This document shows, piece after piece, positions 62,945-64,000 of a stretch of 64,000 nucleotides of DNA; within the stretch, counting starts at the first letter, position 1, and every line of letters begins with the position of its first letter. A program made the position numbers and the translations under genes. The notes under the pieces were generated by a model. It did no database searches. It saw only the letters and a list, made by a program, of their open reading frames with translations, and had not been told where the DNA came from. This stretch comes from Terriglobia bacterium (lineage in GTDB: Bacteria > Acidobacteriota > Terriglobia > JAJPHL01 > JAPKYU01). The stretch covers positions 180,389-244,388 of the forward strand of contig CBDCVK010000008.1 of NCBI GenBank assembly GCA_965223005.1, given 5' to 3'.

Positions 62945-62974
62945 GGTGACCGGACATCAATAGAAGGAACGCAA

Positions 62975-63982
62975 GTGTCCGGACCCAGCGTCAAGACAAC
63001 TAACACAACTGCCCAAGGGTGGTTCGCCCTCGGCGAAAGAGTCCCCTATGATCGCCGTGCCAAGAGGATTCTGCGGCCGGGCAAAATGACGGATTTACCG
63101 GACGTCGTCCATGTGTTTCAACGGGTGGTGAAAAGCGGGGCGCCAAGTGAGGAGGCCGTTTGGACGACGTTTCTGCCCGGATTCCCTGACGGCTCGTTTG
63201 GTTGGGCGAGAGTCGACCGATATCTCACTAGCGACGGGCTCGTCCCGAAGATCTTCGTGGAATATGTTGGGCAGGGCGATTCTGACAAGCCGGCCGACTA
63301 CCCCTACGATACAATGGAGCGTGCGGATCTGGTGGAATCCCTATGGCAATCACAGGGAATTACGTCCACCTTCGTTGTTGCGTTCGATTACTCCTCTATA
63401 GTTGCGCTTGAGCTTCTCACCCGCCAACAGGAGCGACTTGACAGTGGCTCCAAGCCCGTCGCCAGGATCAAAAGAGTCTTGTTTGGCAACGGAGGCCTGT
63501 TCGCGGACGCTCACTCTCACCCTTGGCTTACAACTCCGTTGCTCAAGACACGCATGGGGAAAATGGGCACGTGAGTCGCCCAGCGCTCACGGCTTGCCTT
63601 CAACCAGATGGTCAAGGTGTTGTGGTCGAAGGAGTACAACGTGACTTCCGAAGAACTTGGGGAGTTGTACGAAGCAATCAGTCGACGCAATGGCGCCGCC
63701 TTCATGAGCAACGGCGCGGGGTTTGTTGATGAGCACAAGGCCAATGCGGATCGGTGGGATCTGCGCCGTGTGTTTCTCGCTTCGCGCGAATCCGTTGGGT
63801 TCCACATCGTGGGCAGTGATGCCGACCCGTTCGAGCCGAAACAGATTGTGAAGGCCCGGGAACGATTGGGCGAGTACGGGCTTGATATCCGCGTTCTGCC
63901 CGGTGGGCATCTGACGACGTCAGAGCACCCGGAGCTGCTTGTAGAAATAATCCAGGAGTTGAGCCGAAAAAATGACGGCTAA
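62975..63982 (+). pseudogene. Alpha/beta hydrolase interrupted by an in-frame TGA (63572-63574)
   Basis: PGFPDGS, GQGDSDKP, AFDYS, GGH; the two ORFs share a frame across the stop. Confidence 0.75.
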
Positions 63983-64000
63983 CGATGGTGCCATGTGCCG

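Noticed and set aside
63572-63574. In-frame TGA in the hydrolase as selenocysteine
   Set aside because: Not in a Cys/redox motif, no SECIS-like hairpin seen, Trp (TGG) fits the context, and the neighbouring gene also carries a nonsense codon

Overview
GC-rich bacterial window, most likely Acidobacteriota (carboxypeptidase-domain TonB-dependent receptor, TIGR03437-type protein, Acidobacteria-like LexA box). Housekeeping content: cinA-thpR, a his operon (hisI-G-D-C-B-H-F-A) behind a His-rich leader-peptide attenuator, LysR/leuA-leuB, lysA, deoC, hpt, clpP and Ku. Signalling content: two GGDEF genes, a CHASE2 cyclase/FecR-like/caspase-TPR/TonB receptor cluster and a GAF-GAF-PP2C protein. The right end holds IS256, a truncated IS1182-like element and decaying genes. 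The most interesting signals are missing from the ORF track. (1) A duplicated cassette of a conserved ~70-nt element plus a 56-58 aa small ORF with many synonymous differences, each coupled by ATGA to a different GGDEF gene. (2) A probable selenoprotein: a secreted HMA/MerP-like protein with GMT-TGA-NAC and a SECIS-like hairpin. (3) A ~255-nt multi-stem RNA candidate behind a TATAAT box after the Ku locus, and a second ~140-nt structured element before an M20 peptidase. (4) A PolB2-type three-gene cassette with a LexA-like box in its promoter. (5) A 195-bp duplication whose 34-nt spacer is copied from the transposase 23 kb away. Five homopolymer indels at 6.5-14.4 kb look like sequencing errors. 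All calls come from reading the sequence by eye; no database search or folding program was run.
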